A stretch of 64,000 bases of DNA. Origin: Candidatus Eiseniibacteriota bacterium. GTDB taxonomy: Bacteria; Eisenbacteria; RBG-16-71-46; JABDJR01. The first letter of the stretch is position 1, and every line of letters starts with the position of its first letter. A program made the position numbers and the translations under genes. The stretch is taken from assembly GCA_963783375.1 (NCBI GenBank), contig CAWANH010000029.1, forward strand, positions 1,280,001 to 1,344,000. The letters run 5' to 3'. Under the pieces are notes generated by a model. It made no database searches. It saw only the letters and a program-made list of their open reading frames with translations, and was not told where the DNA came from. This document shows, one piece after another, positions 10,226 to 22,453 of the stretch.

Positions 10226-11590
10226 TCACGACGCGACGACCTCCGATGCTCCCTGGGGCGACACGGACTTGTGGTGGTAGAGCACGCGCCCCTGGGAGAC
10301 CGTCACCACCGGGAGCCCGGCAAGCGACATCCCGAGCCATGGGCAGTTGGCGCTCTTCCCCACGAAGTCCTTGGCGCGCACCTCCCACGAGGCTTCGAGA
10401 TCCAGCACCGTGAAGTCGGCCGGCCCACCGTCCCGGACCGGGCCGTGCTCCAGGTCCAGCACCCCGGCCGGTCCCAGGGACATGGCCCGCACCAGCTCCT
10501 GGAGTTCCAGGAGCCCCGGCTTCACCAGGCCGGTGTAGAGGGCCGAAAACGCGGTCTCCACCCCGACCACCCCGTTGGGGGCGGCGTCGAACTCCACGTC
10601 CTTCGAGATCTCGGTGTGCGGGGCGTGATCCGTGGCCACCGCGGTCAACACGCCGTCCCGGATCCCCTGGATCAGGGCCTGGCGGTCCGACTCCTCGCGG
10701 AGCGGCGGGGCCATCTTGAAGCGCGGGTCGTAGGACTCAAGCACCGAGTCGGTGAAGAAGAGGTGGTGGGGGGTCACCTCGCCGGTCACCCGGAGCCCCC
10801 GCGCCTGGGCCTCCCGGATCAGTTCCACCGTGCTCGCGCAGGACACGTGGGCCACGTGGAGCCGGCCGCCGGTCAGCTCCACCAACCGGATGTCCCGGGC
10901 CACGATCACTTCCTCGCTGGCCCGCGGCACCGGCTTCAGCCCCAGCTTGGTGGCCATGTACCCCTCGTGCGCCACCCCGTTCCCTTTGAGGTGCGCGTCC
11001 TCGGCGTGCACCACGATCACCTTCCCCAGCATCCCCGCGTACTCCAGGGCCCGTCGCATGAGGTTGGCGTTCATGATGGTGTGACCGTCGTCGGAGAAGG
11101 CCACCGCCCCCGCCGCGGCCAGATCGAACATCTCGGTCAGGGTGGTCCCCTCGAGCCGCCGGCTCACCGCGGCCATGGGATGCACCCGGCTCATCCCCGC
11201 CTCGCGGGCCCGCTCCAGGACGAACCGCACCGATTGCGGATCGTCGATGGGGGGGTCGGTATTGGCCATCGAGGCCACCGCAACGAACCCGCCCCGGGCC
11301 GCCGCCGCGGTGCCGCTGGAGATGGTCTCGGCGTCTTCGTAGCCCGGCTCGCGAAGGTGGACGTGGATGTCCACCAGCCCCGGCACCACCGTCCGCCCGG
11401 CCAGGTCGAACACCAGCGACTCCTCGGGGTGGTCCCCCGGCTGAATGAACCGGATGATGCCCCCGGTCACCAGGAGGTCCTGCCGCCGGGTCTTTTCGGT
11501 ATCGAGGTCCAGGAGATCCACGTTCGAAAACACCAGCGGACGGCGCGCGCTGTCCCACCCCGAAATCCGCATGGCTTGCCAGCGATCCAT
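10226..11590 (-). CDS. pyrC: Dihydroorotase
   Basis: PGLVDIHVHLREPG, FSDDG, HVAHVS, EVTPHHL and ATDHAPH; lies in the pyr operon. Confidence 0.97.
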   Translation of the reverse strand: MDRWQAMRISGWDSARRPLVFSNVDLLDLDTEKTRRQDLLVTGGIIRFIQPGDHPEESLVFDLAGRTVVPGLVDIHVHLREPGYEDAETISSGTAAAARGGFVAVASMANTDPPIDDPQSVRFVLERAREAGMSRVHPMAAVSRRLEGTTLTEMFDLAAAGAVAFSDDGHTIMNANLMRRALEYAGMLGKVIVVHAEDAHLKGNGVAHEGYMATKLGLKPVPRASEEVIVARDIRLVELTGGRLHVAHVSCASTVELIREAQARGLRVTGEVTPHHLFFTDSVLESYDPRFKMAPPLREESDRQALIQGIRDGVLTAVATDHAPHTEISKDVEFDAAPNGVVGVETAFSALYTGLVKPGLLELQELVRAMSLGPAGVLDLEHGPVRDGGPADFTVLDLEASWEVRAKDFVGKSANCPWLGMSLAGLPVVTVSQGRVLYHHKSVSPQGASEVVAS

Positions 11591-11662
11591 TCTTCTTGTT
11601 CCCCCTCGTTGTTCGTGAACCGAAAATTCGTGGTCGGCGGCGCCGGAGCGCGGCGCGATCCC

Positions 11663-13181
<1,519 letters not shown>

Positions 13182-13380
13182 TCAGGTTTCCTCGTGCGAT
13201 GGGGTTGGGCGAGCGGACGCGGGACGGAGGGGATGCGGATGAATAGGCGTTCGGCGAGGGAGTTCGGCGCGCCGTCCGGGCCGCGCGCACCGGGCGCACC
13301 GGGCGCCGAAGCCTCGGCGGGCGCGCACCGCGACCCCGGGGGGGACCGGGGAACGGCCGGCGGCGACGGTGCCCCCGGAC

Positions 13381-13412
13381 ACAAAAACACCTTCCCCCTG
13401 ACGGAGGAAGGT
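13381..13412 (-). terminator. Intrinsic attenuator terminator in the pyrR leader
   Basis: Minus strand ACCTTCCTCC-GTCA-GGGGGAAGGT followed by GTTTTTGT, between the PyrR site and the pyrR start. Confidence 0.85.
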
Positions 13413-13511
13413 CCGCTTGAAGGCTTCGGCTTTCGATTGTGAGTGGGCGGCTTTGCCTTCGATTCCGAAGGCCGCCGGCCGCCGGTGACGGGCTGGTGTC
13501 ACCTGGGACTC

Positions 13512-13542
13512 CCTTCCCGGGCTCGCTGGTCCGGATTAAAGG
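13512..13542 (-). promoter_or_regulatory. PyrR-binding RNA stem-loop (anti-antiterminator)
   Basis: Minus strand CCTTTAATCCGGACCAGCGAGCCCGGGAAGG resembles the PyrR-binding pattern CUUUAA...RGUCCnGnGAGGY...AAGG and lies upstream of a terminator and pyrR. Confidence 0.8.
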
Positions 13543-13830
13543 TGGCCGTGTACGTCGATGGAGGAATCTACCAGCGCATCCCCGACGGCGCAACCGGAAA
13601 TCTCCCCCGGGGCGGCCGGCGCGCGGCCCCCGCTCCCGAAAGCCCGGCTCACCGGCGCTCCCCTCGCGGAGGCGCCCGGTTCCCCCGACAGGCGGCCGGA
13701 AAATCGAAATGGCCCGGCCGCCCGATTTTGCGTCATACTGGTGCCCGAAGGCGGCGCGGACACGGGGCGCTCCTTCCCCGGCCGCCGGAGCGGCCATCCC
13801 CCCCTCGGCCCCGGAAGAGGGTCGAAATCC

Positions 13831-15177
13831 ATGCCGGATCACTCATGCCGTAGACGGCTCATCCCGATACTCCTCCTGGCCGCGGCACCCGGGTGGATCG
13901 CCGGATGTTCCCGGAACGACGGGGCCTCTCTCGGGCCCGGGTGCCTGGTCGAGCCCCACGCCACGGACTTCCAGGGACTGCTGGTTCCGCTCAGCCCGAA
14001 ACACACCTATTTCCTCGATCAGACCTACGTCATCGAGAACCGGGTGGAAACCTACTCCGTCTACGGGAACGAAGCCCTGTCCGGGACCATTTCCGTTCAT
14101 CTCGAGCCCCCGGTCGAACAACCTCCCCAGGTCCAGATTCTCGTCGCGGGACAAGAGCTCGCCTTCGAGATCGCCCCCCGCGCAAGCCTGGCTTTTCGTC
14201 TCAACGTCTTCGTCCCCCCCGGAACCAGTCCGGCCGAGTACGAAGGGAGCATCGACCTCGGCATCGCGTGCTCCCCGGTTCTTTTCACTCTTCGGGTCCA
14301 TGATCGGCCGGAGCCGCCTCCGACCCCCCAACCTCCCTGGGGGCCCGGGCTGAGCTATGTCCAGGGGATCGCGATAGGCGCCGGAGGAAGCCTCTACGCC
14401 GCCGATCAGATCGCCGACGAGATCTCGGCCCTGAACACCCGGGGCCAGCGATGGGACGTCCTCCGCGCCCTGGACGAAGGCGACAGCCTGTATCTCCCCA
14501 CCGGGGTGGAGACGGGTCCGGAAAGGACTCTCTTCGTCACCGACACCTCACCGGAGCCCCCGCACTACGGCCGCGTCTCCATGTTCGGCCCGGCCGACAC
14601 CCTGCTCGGGAGCTGGGGACCGCCGCCCACCGAGGATGACCTTCCCATCGCCTTCGGCCAGGCCTGGAGCATCGCCGTCGATCCGAACGGGGTGGGCTAC
14701 GTGGTGGATTTCTCCGGGAAGCGTGTCTATCGGTTCCAGGCCCCGCTCGGAGGACGGGAGTTCGCCTACCTGGGGACCTGGCTGCCTCTGGGTACGGTCG
14801 CTTCGCCCTACGGGGTCGCGGTGGACGCCGACCGGTGGGTCTACGTCTCGGACTACTCGGGGAACGCGATCTTCAAGTTCACCCCGAGCGGCGACCTGGT
14901 CCGACGCTTCGGCGCCCGGGGACGGGGACCGGGCCAGTTCATTCAGCCCGCGGGGATCACCGTCGACGGTCACGGCAACCTCTTCGTGGTCGACGGCGGG
15001 AACCACCGGATCCAGAAGTTCGATCCCGACGGCTCCTTTCTGACCGCCTGGGGCGCGGTGGGCGACTCGGTGGGAGAGCTGAACCGGCCGGTGGACGTGG
15101 CGGTGGGGCCGGACGACGCGGTCTACGTCTCCGATTCCGGGAAGCATCGCGTCGAGATCTTCCTGCCGCCGAGATGA
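13831..15177 (+). CDS. NHL-repeat beta-propeller lipoprotein with an N-terminal Ig-like region
   Basis: Lipobox-like WIAGC; NHL repeats (PAGITVDGHGNLFVVDGGNHRIQKFD, PVDVAVGPDDAVYVSDSGKHRV). Confidence 0.85.
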   Translation: MPDHSCRRRLIPILLLAAAPGWIAGCSRNDGASLGPGCLVEPHATDFQGLLVPLSPKHTYFLDQTYVIENRVETYSVYGNEALSGTISVHLEPPVEQPPQVQILVAGQELAFEIAPRASLAFRLNVFVPPGTSPAEYEGSIDLGIACSPVLFTLRVHDRPEPPPTPQPPWGPGLSYVQGIAIGAGGSLYAADQIADEISALNTRGQRWDVLRALDEGDSLYLPTGVETGPERTLFVTDTSPEPPHYGRVSMFGPADTLLGSWGPPPTEDDLPIAFGQAWSIAVDPNGVGYVVDFSGKRVYRFQAPLGGREFAYLGTWLPLGTVASPYGVAVDADRWVYVSDYSGNAIFKFTPSGDLVRRFGARGRGPGQFIQPAGITVDGHGNLFVVDGGNHRIQKFDPDGSFLTAWGAVGDSVGELNRPVDVAVGPDDAVYVSDSGKHRVEIFLPPR

Positions 15178-15329
15178 TAGCTCTCCCCGCGTCCCTCCCG
15201 TCACCGGGACGCGGCGCCCGCCCCCGGCGTTGCGCCGTGGAGTCCCCGGGGGGTACTCTCGGAGGCCCTGAGCGTAGCCTCGGACCTGGACCCCTCACCG
15301 TAGATCGAGAGCGTGGCGTCGTCCCACCC

Positions 15330-16734
15330 ATGAAAACACCATCTTCAACGCGCCGCCCGGACCCGATCTCCGGAAGCATCCGTTCGCGGGGTCGTAACGC
15401 GGGCCGGGGTCGGTTTCTGGTGGCCGTCGCCGCACTGATCGGGGCGAGCGTCGGATGCTCGCAGAAGACCGCTCAACCGCTCCCGCCCAAGTGCGAGCTG
15501 GACCCCCTGGAAATGGACTTCGGCGAGGTCCTGCTCCCCATCCCCGGCCAGTCGGACGTGGTAATGGTCCGGGACTTGAGCATCACCAACCGGGTCTACG
15601 TGAACTCCGCGTCGGGGAATGCGGCCCTGGCCGGGAGCCTGACCATCCGGGTGGAGAGCCCCCAGGAAGTGCCGGTCCAGGTCCGCGTGGTGCCGGTCGG
15701 CCACACGCTCTCCTTTGACATCCCCCCCCGGGGCACCGCCGCTTTCAAGCTGGAGGCGCGGGTCACCGCCGAGACCGGCACCGGCCTCCACACCGGGGCC
15801 ATCGATCTCGGCACCTCCTGCGGCCCGATCCCCTACCGGCTGAATGTCCGGGTGAGGGAGGAGCCCCAGCCGACCTATCTCGGAGCCTGGACCGCCCAGC
15901 AGTACGGCTTCAAGACCATCCAGGCCCTCGACGTGGACGACGAGGGGGACGTGTACGTGGCGGACAGCGAAACGGGCCGGATCACCAGGCACGATCCCAC
16001 GGGTCGGATCGTGGCCACCTACCGGAGTCTCGGGCGGGTTGGAGACCTGTGGCTTCCCACCGGAGTCGCTTCCGAGCGGAATTTCATTTTCACCGCGGAT
16101 ACCGACAAGTCCTCGGGCAAGGGCCGCGTGGCCATGTTCGACAGCACCGCCCGGTTCCGGGCGGCCTGGGGTCCTGCCGGGGATGAAGGGGGGCTTTTCG
16201 GCCTGGCCTGGGACGTGGCGGCCGACGGCCGAGGCTGGATGTACGTGACCGACGTGAGCCATCAGCGGGTGATCAAGTTCCGGGCCCCGCTGGACGTCGG
16301 CTTCAAGATAGAACGGGAGTGGGGTTCCCGAGGTGAAGGGCCGGGACAGTTCGGGGCGATCCAGGGGGTGGCCGCCGACGGACGCGGTCGCGTCTACGTG
16401 TCCGATTGGTTGAGGAACGTCATCCAGGTATTCGACGAGGACGGCTCCTGGCTCGCCGCATGGGGAGGACCGGGGAGCCGGGCCGGAACGCTTCGCCAAG
16501 CCGGCCGGCCTGGGTGTGGACCTCTCAGGGAACGTCTACGTGGCCGACCGGGCCAATCATCGCATCCAGAAGTTCGACCGGAACGGCGCGTTTCTCACCG
16601 CCTGGGGGGAGCCGGGAGTCAAGTCCGGCCAGATGTCCAACCCGGTGGACGTGGCGGTGGCGCCCGACGGCACGATCTACGTGGCCGACTCCGGGAACGC
16701 CCGGGTCGAAGTGTTCGCGCCGGCCCAGGACTGA
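15330..16734 (+). pseudogene. NHL-repeat lipoprotein paralog with one frameshift near 16491 (possible assembly error)
   Basis: Lipobox ASVGC and NHL repeats. Removing one base at about 16491 joins GSRAGT to FAKPAGLGVDLSGNVYVADRANHRIQKFD (ORF 16516-16734). Confidence 0.8.
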
Positions 16735-16882
16735 GCGGGAACGGGAACCCGGGAATCGTCGGGAAATACTTTCCCCGGCCGGCGGGTATTGATTCAGGGC
16801 CCGGAACGGGCGCCACGGAATTCAATCATCGACGACGCCCGGACGAGGGCGTCCAAGCAATTCTTGTGAAAAGGAGACGACG

Positions 16883-17449
16883 ATGCGAAGCTCCTGGAGC
16901 GCGCTCATCGGAGTGCTCGCCCTCGTCGGGGTCTCGGGCTGCAACAACTCCGTGACCGCCCCCACTCCCCCCGACAATCCCATCCCGCTCAAGGTCGGCG
17001 ACACCTGGCACTATTCGGGAGGCGTCGCCGACTCGGTGACCGGCACCGTCGTCTCCGACGGCAAGGTGTGGGCCCGGATCGGGGGGTCGTTCCTGGGCCA
17101 CGTGCTGGTGCGCATGAACGACCGGCACCAGTTCGTGGTGTTCTTCCCCGACGCCACGCCGCCCACCGAGAGCGTGCTCTTCGACTTCGATCTCCCGCCC
17201 AAGTCCCACTGGGTGTTCAACACCGGCCAGGTCCAGAAGGACACCTCCATCGAGCTGGTGAGCAACGACGACACCATCACCACGCCCGCGGGCACCTTCG
17301 ACCACTGCTACACCTTCTTCCTCGACGTCACCGGTCAGGTGGGGGCGGACCTCACCTACGTGGTGGCCCCGGACGTGGGGATCGTCTACCGGTCCAGCAT
17401 GGACGGGGTCACCAACGCGCTGGAGTCGTTCGTGGAGAAGGAGCCCTAG
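16883..17449 (+). CDS. Hypothetical beta-rich lipoprotein
   Basis: AGGAG RBS, lipobox VSGC, and PLKVGDTWHY / ITTPAGTFDHC / APDVGIV motifs typical of small lipoproteins. Confidence 0.8.
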   Translation: MRSSWSALIGVLALVGVSGCNNSVTAPTPPDNPIPLKVGDTWHYSGGVADSVTGTVVSDGKVWARIGGSFLGHVLVRMNDRHQFVVFFPDATPPTESVLFDFDLPPKSHWVFNTGQVQKDTSIELVSNDDTITTPAGTFDHCYTFFLDVTGQVGADLTYVVAPDVGIVYRSSMDGVTNALESFVEKEP

Positions 17450-17488
17450 GCACCCGGTGCGCCCCCGGCCTCTGATAGGATCCGCGTC

Positions 17489-18430
17489 ATGGATCCCGAT
17501 CGCCGACGGTTTCTCATCCGGCTCGGAGTCGCCGCCGCCGCAGCGGCTACGGCGCTGGCCGGCCTTCCGCGCCGGCTTCTGGCCGGATCGGGAACCCTCG
17601 GCCTCCCCGGTCCGTCCCTCGGCGAGCCCCTGGCGCTTCGCCGCCGGCCCCGCCGGCCCGCCGCCGGTTTCGCCCCCTTCCCGAACCACGAGGAAGAAAA
17701 ACTCTACGGCGCCGGCACCTACGGGACCGGAGGTCCCGACCTTCTCGCCCGGGCCTTCGCCGCCGGAGTCCGCCTGGTGGCGGTCAGCCCGGACTACGGC
17801 GAAGGGGCCGCCGAGAAGTGGGTGGGAAGCGCCCTCGAGGGCGCCCGCGATCCGGTCTTCGTCATGACCCAGATCCCGGTCGAGGCCTGGGAGGCCGAGA
17901 ACCGGGAAGCCGCCATGGCCCGGGCGCTCCGCCGGAGCCTGGGGCGTCTTGGGCGCGAGCGGGTGGAGGCCCTCCTGGTCCGAAACGCGGAACCCGCCCA
18001 ACTCCAGGACCCTGCCTTCCGGGCCTTCGCCCGGGACGCGCTCGACCGGGGCCTGGTGGGGCGGATCGGAGCCAGCGGCCACGGACCCGACCTGGAGAAG
18101 GTTCTCGCCGCCTCGCTGGAGGACGAGCTCATCCGGATCGTTCTCTTCGGCGCCCACCTCGCCGACTACCGGACCGTCCCCGATCTCCTCCCCGCCGCCC
18201 GGGACCGCGGGGTCTGCCTGGTGGCGATGAAGACGCGCGAGGCGGCGCTCTGGGGGCGCGCGGGGGGATGGCCGGCGGAAGCCGGACGACGGCGATTCTA
18301 CCCCTGGAACGGGGCCTGGGACCCCGCGTTCACGCGGCGGGCGCTGGCCCGGGCCCTCGAACGGACCTCCGCCCACAACGCCGTGTTGAGCCTCGGGCGT
18401 CCCGCCGACCTGGCCGCGATCCTGGGCTAG
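17489..18430 (+). CDS. Aldo/keto reductase-like protein with a Tat signal
   Basis: DRRRFL twin-arginine leader; PDYGEGAAE, SLGRLG, GLVGRIGASGH and VAMK. Confidence 0.75.
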   Translation: MDPDRRRFLIRLGVAAAAAATALAGLPRRLLAGSGTLGLPGPSLGEPLALRRRPRRPAAGFAPFPNHEEEKLYGAGTYGTGGPDLLARAFAAGVRLVAVSPDYGEGAAEKWVGSALEGARDPVFVMTQIPVEAWEAENREAAMARALRRSLGRLGRERVEALLVRNAEPAQLQDPAFRAFARDALDRGLVGRIGASGHGPDLEKVLAASLEDELIRIVLFGAHLADYRTVPDLLPAARDRGVCLVAMKTREAALWGRAGGWPAEAGRRRFYPWNGAWDPAFTRRALARALERTSAHNAVLSLGRPADLAAILG

Positions 18431-18434
18431 CCCC

Positions 18435-20570
18435 TCAGGCGGTATCCCCCTCGATCACCACCCGCGCCGGATCGAAGAAGTGCCCGAAGAGCCCCCGGGC
18501 CTCGGTCAACAAGGCCAGCCGGCGAGCCCGCTCCGCCGGATCCTCGGCCATGACCATGACGTCGTCGAAGAACCGGTCGATCGGGTCGCGGAGTTCCAGG
18601 AGCTTCTGAAGCATCGCCTCGTAGTCCTTGCCGGCTTCCGCTTCGGCCAGTTCGGCCCGGAGCCGGACCGTGGTTTCGTGGAGCAACCGCTCGGTCTGGT
18701 GGGCCCCGCCCCACGCGATTTCATCCGGGCTCGGGAGCGCGCCCTCGTCCACCCCCTTGAGGATGTTGGCCGCGCGCTTGAATCCGACGACCAGGCGCTC
18801 CAGATCCTCCCGCCCCCGAAGGCGGTGGAGCGCCTCGCCCCGGGCCAGGACGTCCAGCGGATCGTCCGCGTCGGCGGCCAGCACCGCCTCCACCTCGTCG
18901 TGGCTCATCCCCCGCTCCCGGAGGAAGAACGCGACGCGATCCCGCAGGAAATCCAGCACCTCGTCCCGGACGGCGGCCCGCCGCGCCTCGATCTTCTCGT
19001 TCCCCTCCCCGAACGCCCGGTCCGGTAGCCGTCCCGTCGCGGAGGCCACGATGCCCTCCAGCGAAACATGAAACTTGTTCTCCAAGAGTATACGGACCAT
19101 GCCGTTGGCCGCCCGTCGCAGCGCATATGGATCCTGGGACCCCGAGGGCACGAACCCCGCCGTCCAGCACCCCGCCACCGTGTCCGCCCGGTCGGCGAAG
19201 GCGACCAGGGTCCCCTCCAGGCTCTCCGGCAGGGGGTCCGACGCCCCCCGTGGCCGGTACTGCTCAGCCAGGGCCGCGCGCACCCCCTCGGGCTCCCCCT
19301 GGGCCTCGGCGTAGCGGGACCCGATCACCCCCTGAAGTCCGGTGAACTCCTTCCCGTCCTTGATCATCTCGCTGGCCAGATCCGCCTTGGCCAGCCGCGC
19401 CCCGCGAAGCGCGGCCTCCCGCCGCGCCGGCCACTGTACCGGGTACCATTGCGCCCCCAGCTCATCCACCAGCTTCTCCACCCGCTCCGCCTTGTCGCGG
19501 AGCGATCCCACCGACTCCAGCCAGACCACCTTGTCCAGGGATTCCGAGAGCCGCTCGAGCCCGGCCTTCATGTCCACCCGCCAGTAGAACCGGGCGTCCT
19601 CCAGCCGCGCCCGCAGCACCCGTTCGTTGCCGGCGATCACCTGATCCGGCTCGTCCCACCGCCCGTCGCACACCACCAGGAAGTGAGCCATGAGCCGTCC
19701 GCCCTCATCCTCCACCGCGAAGTACCGCTGGTGGGAGCGCATCGCGGTCACCACCACCTCCCGGGGAAGCTCCAGATAGGCGGTATCGAAACTGCCCGAG
19801 AAAACCGCGGGAAGCTCCGCCAGGAAAACCACTTCGTTCAGTAGCCCGTCGTCCTCCAGGCGCCGGCCGCCCAGGCGCCGGGCCTCGGCGTCCAGCTCGC
19901 GGGTGATGCGCTTTCGCCGCTCCGCCGGGGCCAGGACCACCCCCACCGACTCCAGCACCTCGTTCAGCCGGTCCGCGCTCCCCACCAGGTGCGCCCCCGG
20001 GGCCACCAGCCGGTGCCCCCGGGTCTCCCGCCCCGCGACCCGCCCCCCCACGGTCAGCTCCAGCACCTCGTCGTCGAGGAGCGCGAGCACCCACCGGACC
20101 GGCCGGGGAAACCGGAACCCGCCGCCGTTCCACCGCATCGTCTTGGGCCAGGAGAGCCCCTCCACCAGCCCGGTCAGGAACTCCGGGAGCACCTCCCGGG
20201 CTGCGCGCCCCGCCTCGTGAACCCGGGCGAGCACGAACTCCCCCTTCTCGCCGGACACGCGCTCCAGGGCATCCACCGCGATCCCGTTCTTGCGGGCGAA
20301 CCCCTCCGCGGCCTTGGTGGGCTTCCCGTCACGAAACGCAATGTCCACCCGAGGCCCCGTCACCTCGCGGGTGAGGTCCTCCTGCCGCTCGGCCAGCCCC
20401 TCGATCTCCAGCACCAACCGCCGCGCCGTCCCCGCCGTCCGCACCGACGCCGCGGCGAGGCGGAGCCCGGTCAGCCCCGCCCGCGCCCGGTTCCCGAGTT
20501 CCTCCAGCGCCGGCGGGAGGTATCCCGCGGGTATCGCCTCGCTCCCGATCTCCAGGGTCAACCGGCTCAT
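18435..20570 (-). CDS. glyS: Glycine--tRNA ligase beta subunit
   Basis: [44 protein letters not shown] and FFDDVMVM; ATGA overlap with glyQ. Confidence 0.97.
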   Translation of the reverse strand: MSRLTLEIGSEAIPAGYLPPALEELGNRARAGLTGLRLAAASVRTAGTARRLVLEIEGLAERQEDLTREVTGPRVDIAFRDGKPTKAAEGFARKNGIAVDALERVSGEKGEFVLARVHEAGRAAREVLPEFLTGLVEGLSWPKTMRWNGGGFRFPRPVRWVLALLDDEVLELTVGGRVAGRETRGHRLVAPGAHLVGSADRLNEVLESVGVVLAPAERRKRITRELDAEARRLGGRRLEDDGLLNEVVFLAELPAVFSGSFDTAYLELPREVVVTAMRSHQRYFAVEDEGGRLMAHFLVVCDGRWDEPDQVIAGNERVLRARLEDARFYWRVDMKAGLERLSESLDKVVWLESVGSLRDKAERVEKLVDELGAQWYPVQWPARREAALRGARLAKADLASEMIKDGKEFTGLQGVIGSRYAEAQGEPEGVRAALAEQYRPRGASDPLPESLEGTLVAFADRADTVAGCWTAGFVPSGSQDPYALRRAANGMVRILLENKFHVSLEGIVASATGRLPDRAFGEGNEKIEARRAAVRDEVLDFLRDRVAFFLRERGMSHDEVEAVLAADADDPLDVLARGEALHRLRGREDLERLVVGFKRAANILKGVDEGALPSPDEIAWGGAHQTERLLHETTVRLRAELAEAEAGKDYEAMLQKLLELRDPIDRFFDDVMVMAEDPAERARRLALLTEARGLFGHFFDPARVVIEGDTA

Positions 20571-21520
20571 CGCGCCGCCTCCTTCTCCGCCCGCTCCCGG
20601 GCCCGCTCCACCCACCGCTCACGCTCCGCCGGGTCCTCGATGAGCGGATACCCGAGCCGCTCCCGCTGGCGGAGGTAGGCCTTGGCGGCGAGCCGGGCCA
20701 ACCGGCGCACCCGTCCGATGTACCCGGTCCGCTCGGTCACGCTGATCGCCCCGCGCGCCTCCAGCATGTTGAACGCGTGAGAGCACTTGATCACGTAGTC
20801 GTAGCCCGGTCCCACCAGGTCCGAGGCCAACAGCCGCTCCGCCTGCCGTTCGAAGTCGGTGAACAGGCGAAAGTGCAGGTCCACGTCGGCCTGCTCGAAG
20901 TTGAACCCGCAGAACTCCTTCTCGTTCTCCAGGAAGAGATCGTTCCAGGTGAGGTTCCGGGAGATGCGGAGGTCCATCACCCGGTCCGCCCCCTGGAGAT
21001 AGGTGGCGATGCGCTCGATCCCGTAGGTGATCTCGGCGGAGATGAGATCCAGATCCATGCTCCCCACCTGCTGGAAGTAGGTGAACTGGGTCACCTCCAT
21101 CCCGTCCAGCCACACCTCCCAACCGAGACCCCAGGCCCCCAGGGTCGGAGATTCCCAGTCGTCCTCCACGTAGCGGAGATCGTGATGGGCCAGGTTCACC
21201 CCCATCGCCTCCAGTGACTTCTCGTAGAGCTCGAGCACGTTGTCCGGGGCCGGCTTCAGGAGCACCTGGTACTGGTAGAAGTTCTGCATCCGGTTCGGGT
21301 TCTCGCCGTAGCGACCGTCCTTGGGGCGCCGGCTGGGCTCCACGTAGGCCGCCTGCCACGGCTCCGGACCCAGGGCCCGGAGGAAGGTGGCGGGGTTGAA
21401 GGTGCCCGCCCCCACCTCGCTCGGGTAGGGCTGGAGGAGCACGCAGCCCTCGTCGCTCCAGAACCGCTGGAGCGCGATGAGCATTTCCTGGAAGTTACCG
21501 ACCGGCTTCGACGACATCAT
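20567..21520 (-). CDS. glyQ: Glycine--tRNA ligase alpha subunit
   Basis: [34 protein letters not shown] and EITYGIER. Confidence 0.98.
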   Translation of the reverse strand: MMSSKPVGNFQEMLIALQRFWSDEGCVLLQPYPSEVGAGTFNPATFLRALGPEPWQAAYVEPSRRPKDGRYGENPNRMQNFYQYQVLLKPAPDNVLELYEKSLEAMGVNLAHHDLRYVEDDWESPTLGAWGLGWEVWLDGMEVTQFTYFQQVGSMDLDLISAEITYGIERIATYLQGADRVMDLRISRNLTWNDLFLENEKEFCGFNFEQADVDLHFRLFTDFERQAERLLASDLVGPGYDYVIKCSHAFNMLEARGAISVTERTGYIGRVRRLARLAAKAYLRQRERLGYPLIEDPAERERWVERARERAEKEAAR

Positions 21521-21697
21521 GATCCTGCTCTCGATTGGAGACGACCTTCGGGCCCGGGCTGTCCACGGGCCGGGAGTTTCGAGGAGCCGTCGATTATACC
21601 GGCGGGCGGGATCGTCTGCTATACTGCCTCCATACCCTCCTCGCCCCCCGACGGGATGTGCGCCGACCTGGATCGGGCATCCACCGGGAGACCCGGC

Positions 21698-22447
21698 ATG
21701 AATCGAACCGCTTTCTCGATCGCCCTGTTCGCGGCGGCCCTGGCCTGGACCGCGGGCCCGGCCCGGGCCGAGACGTCCCCCGACGCCCCCTCGCCGCCCG
21801 CGGTCACGCCCGACGGGCCCCGTCCCAAGGCCCAGTCCGGGCAGATCACCTTGCCCCTGCACCCGCGGGAACCCAGGGTCTCCCCCATGGCCCGAAAACC
21901 CGGAACCGCCAGGGCCGTCCGCACCCTCGACCGGTTCGAGCTCGCGGTCATCGTCGGCGGGGTCTATCCCGCCGGCTACCTCGACACCAAGAGCGACAAC
22001 GGGGTCCAGATGGGGTTCCAGGGGACGTACTATCCGTTCGCCCGGCTGGGGTTCGGCATGAGCGTGGTTCACAACGATCTGGGTTCGGCGACCCGCTACG
22101 CGGAAACCCCGGTGAGCGCCATCACCGAGATCGGGATCTTCGGAAAGTTCCTCCTCGGGGGAGAGAGCGCGCTCACCCCCTACCTGAGGCTCTCCTCCGG
22201 GTTCTACACGAACCGAGCCCGGGTGTTCACGACGGCCTCCGGGCCGGATCCGGTCGGGTCGGCGGATTACGGCGGGGTCGGCGTGGGGATCGGCGTGGGT
22301 CTCCAGGTCCGCACCGGCACCCCCACCGGCTGGTTCGCGGAGGCCCTGGTCCAGAACGATTTCGCCGATCCCAACCGGGCCTACGTATTCACCGGCCTCC
22401 GGGGCGGGATGAGCTTCACCTTCGGAGGACACCGGGGCGCGCGTTGA
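21698..22447 (+). CDS. Putative outer-membrane beta-barrel protein
   Basis: Signal peptide ending ARA; Pro-rich linker; alternating Gly/aromatic beta-strands, the last LRGGMSFTF. Confidence 0.65.
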   Translation: MNRTAFSIALFAAALAWTAGPARAETSPDAPSPPAVTPDGPRPKAQSGQITLPLHPREPRVSPMARKPGTARAVRTLDRFELAVIVGGVYPAGYLDTKSDNGVQMGFQGTYYPFARLGFGMSVVHNDLGSATRYAETPVSAITEIGIFGKFLLGGESALTPYLRLSSGFYTNRARVFTTASGPDPVGSADYGGVGVGIGVGLQVRTGTPTGWFAEALVQNDFADPNRAYVFTGLRGGMSFTFGGHRGAR

Positions 22448-22453
22448 ACCGGA

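Noticed and set aside
9633-10388. 251-aa ORF with 21-aa repeats, or an Arg-rich leader peptide (9633-9791) coupled to carA
   Set aside because: It is a translation of the GC-rich repeat, overlaps pyrC and has no clear RBS. Arg richness is expected at this GC content.
16481-16500. Programmed ribosomal frameshifting in the NHL and phosphodiesterase genes
   Set aside because: No X-XXY-YYZ slippery heptamer at the breakpoints; simple indels explain them.
20567-22432. N-terminal extensions given by the ORF track for glyQ (and likewise hisS, DUF502, GWxTD, vanZ, ybeY)
   Set aside because: The extensions overlap other real genes and lack family similarity, so starts were moved to where homology begins.
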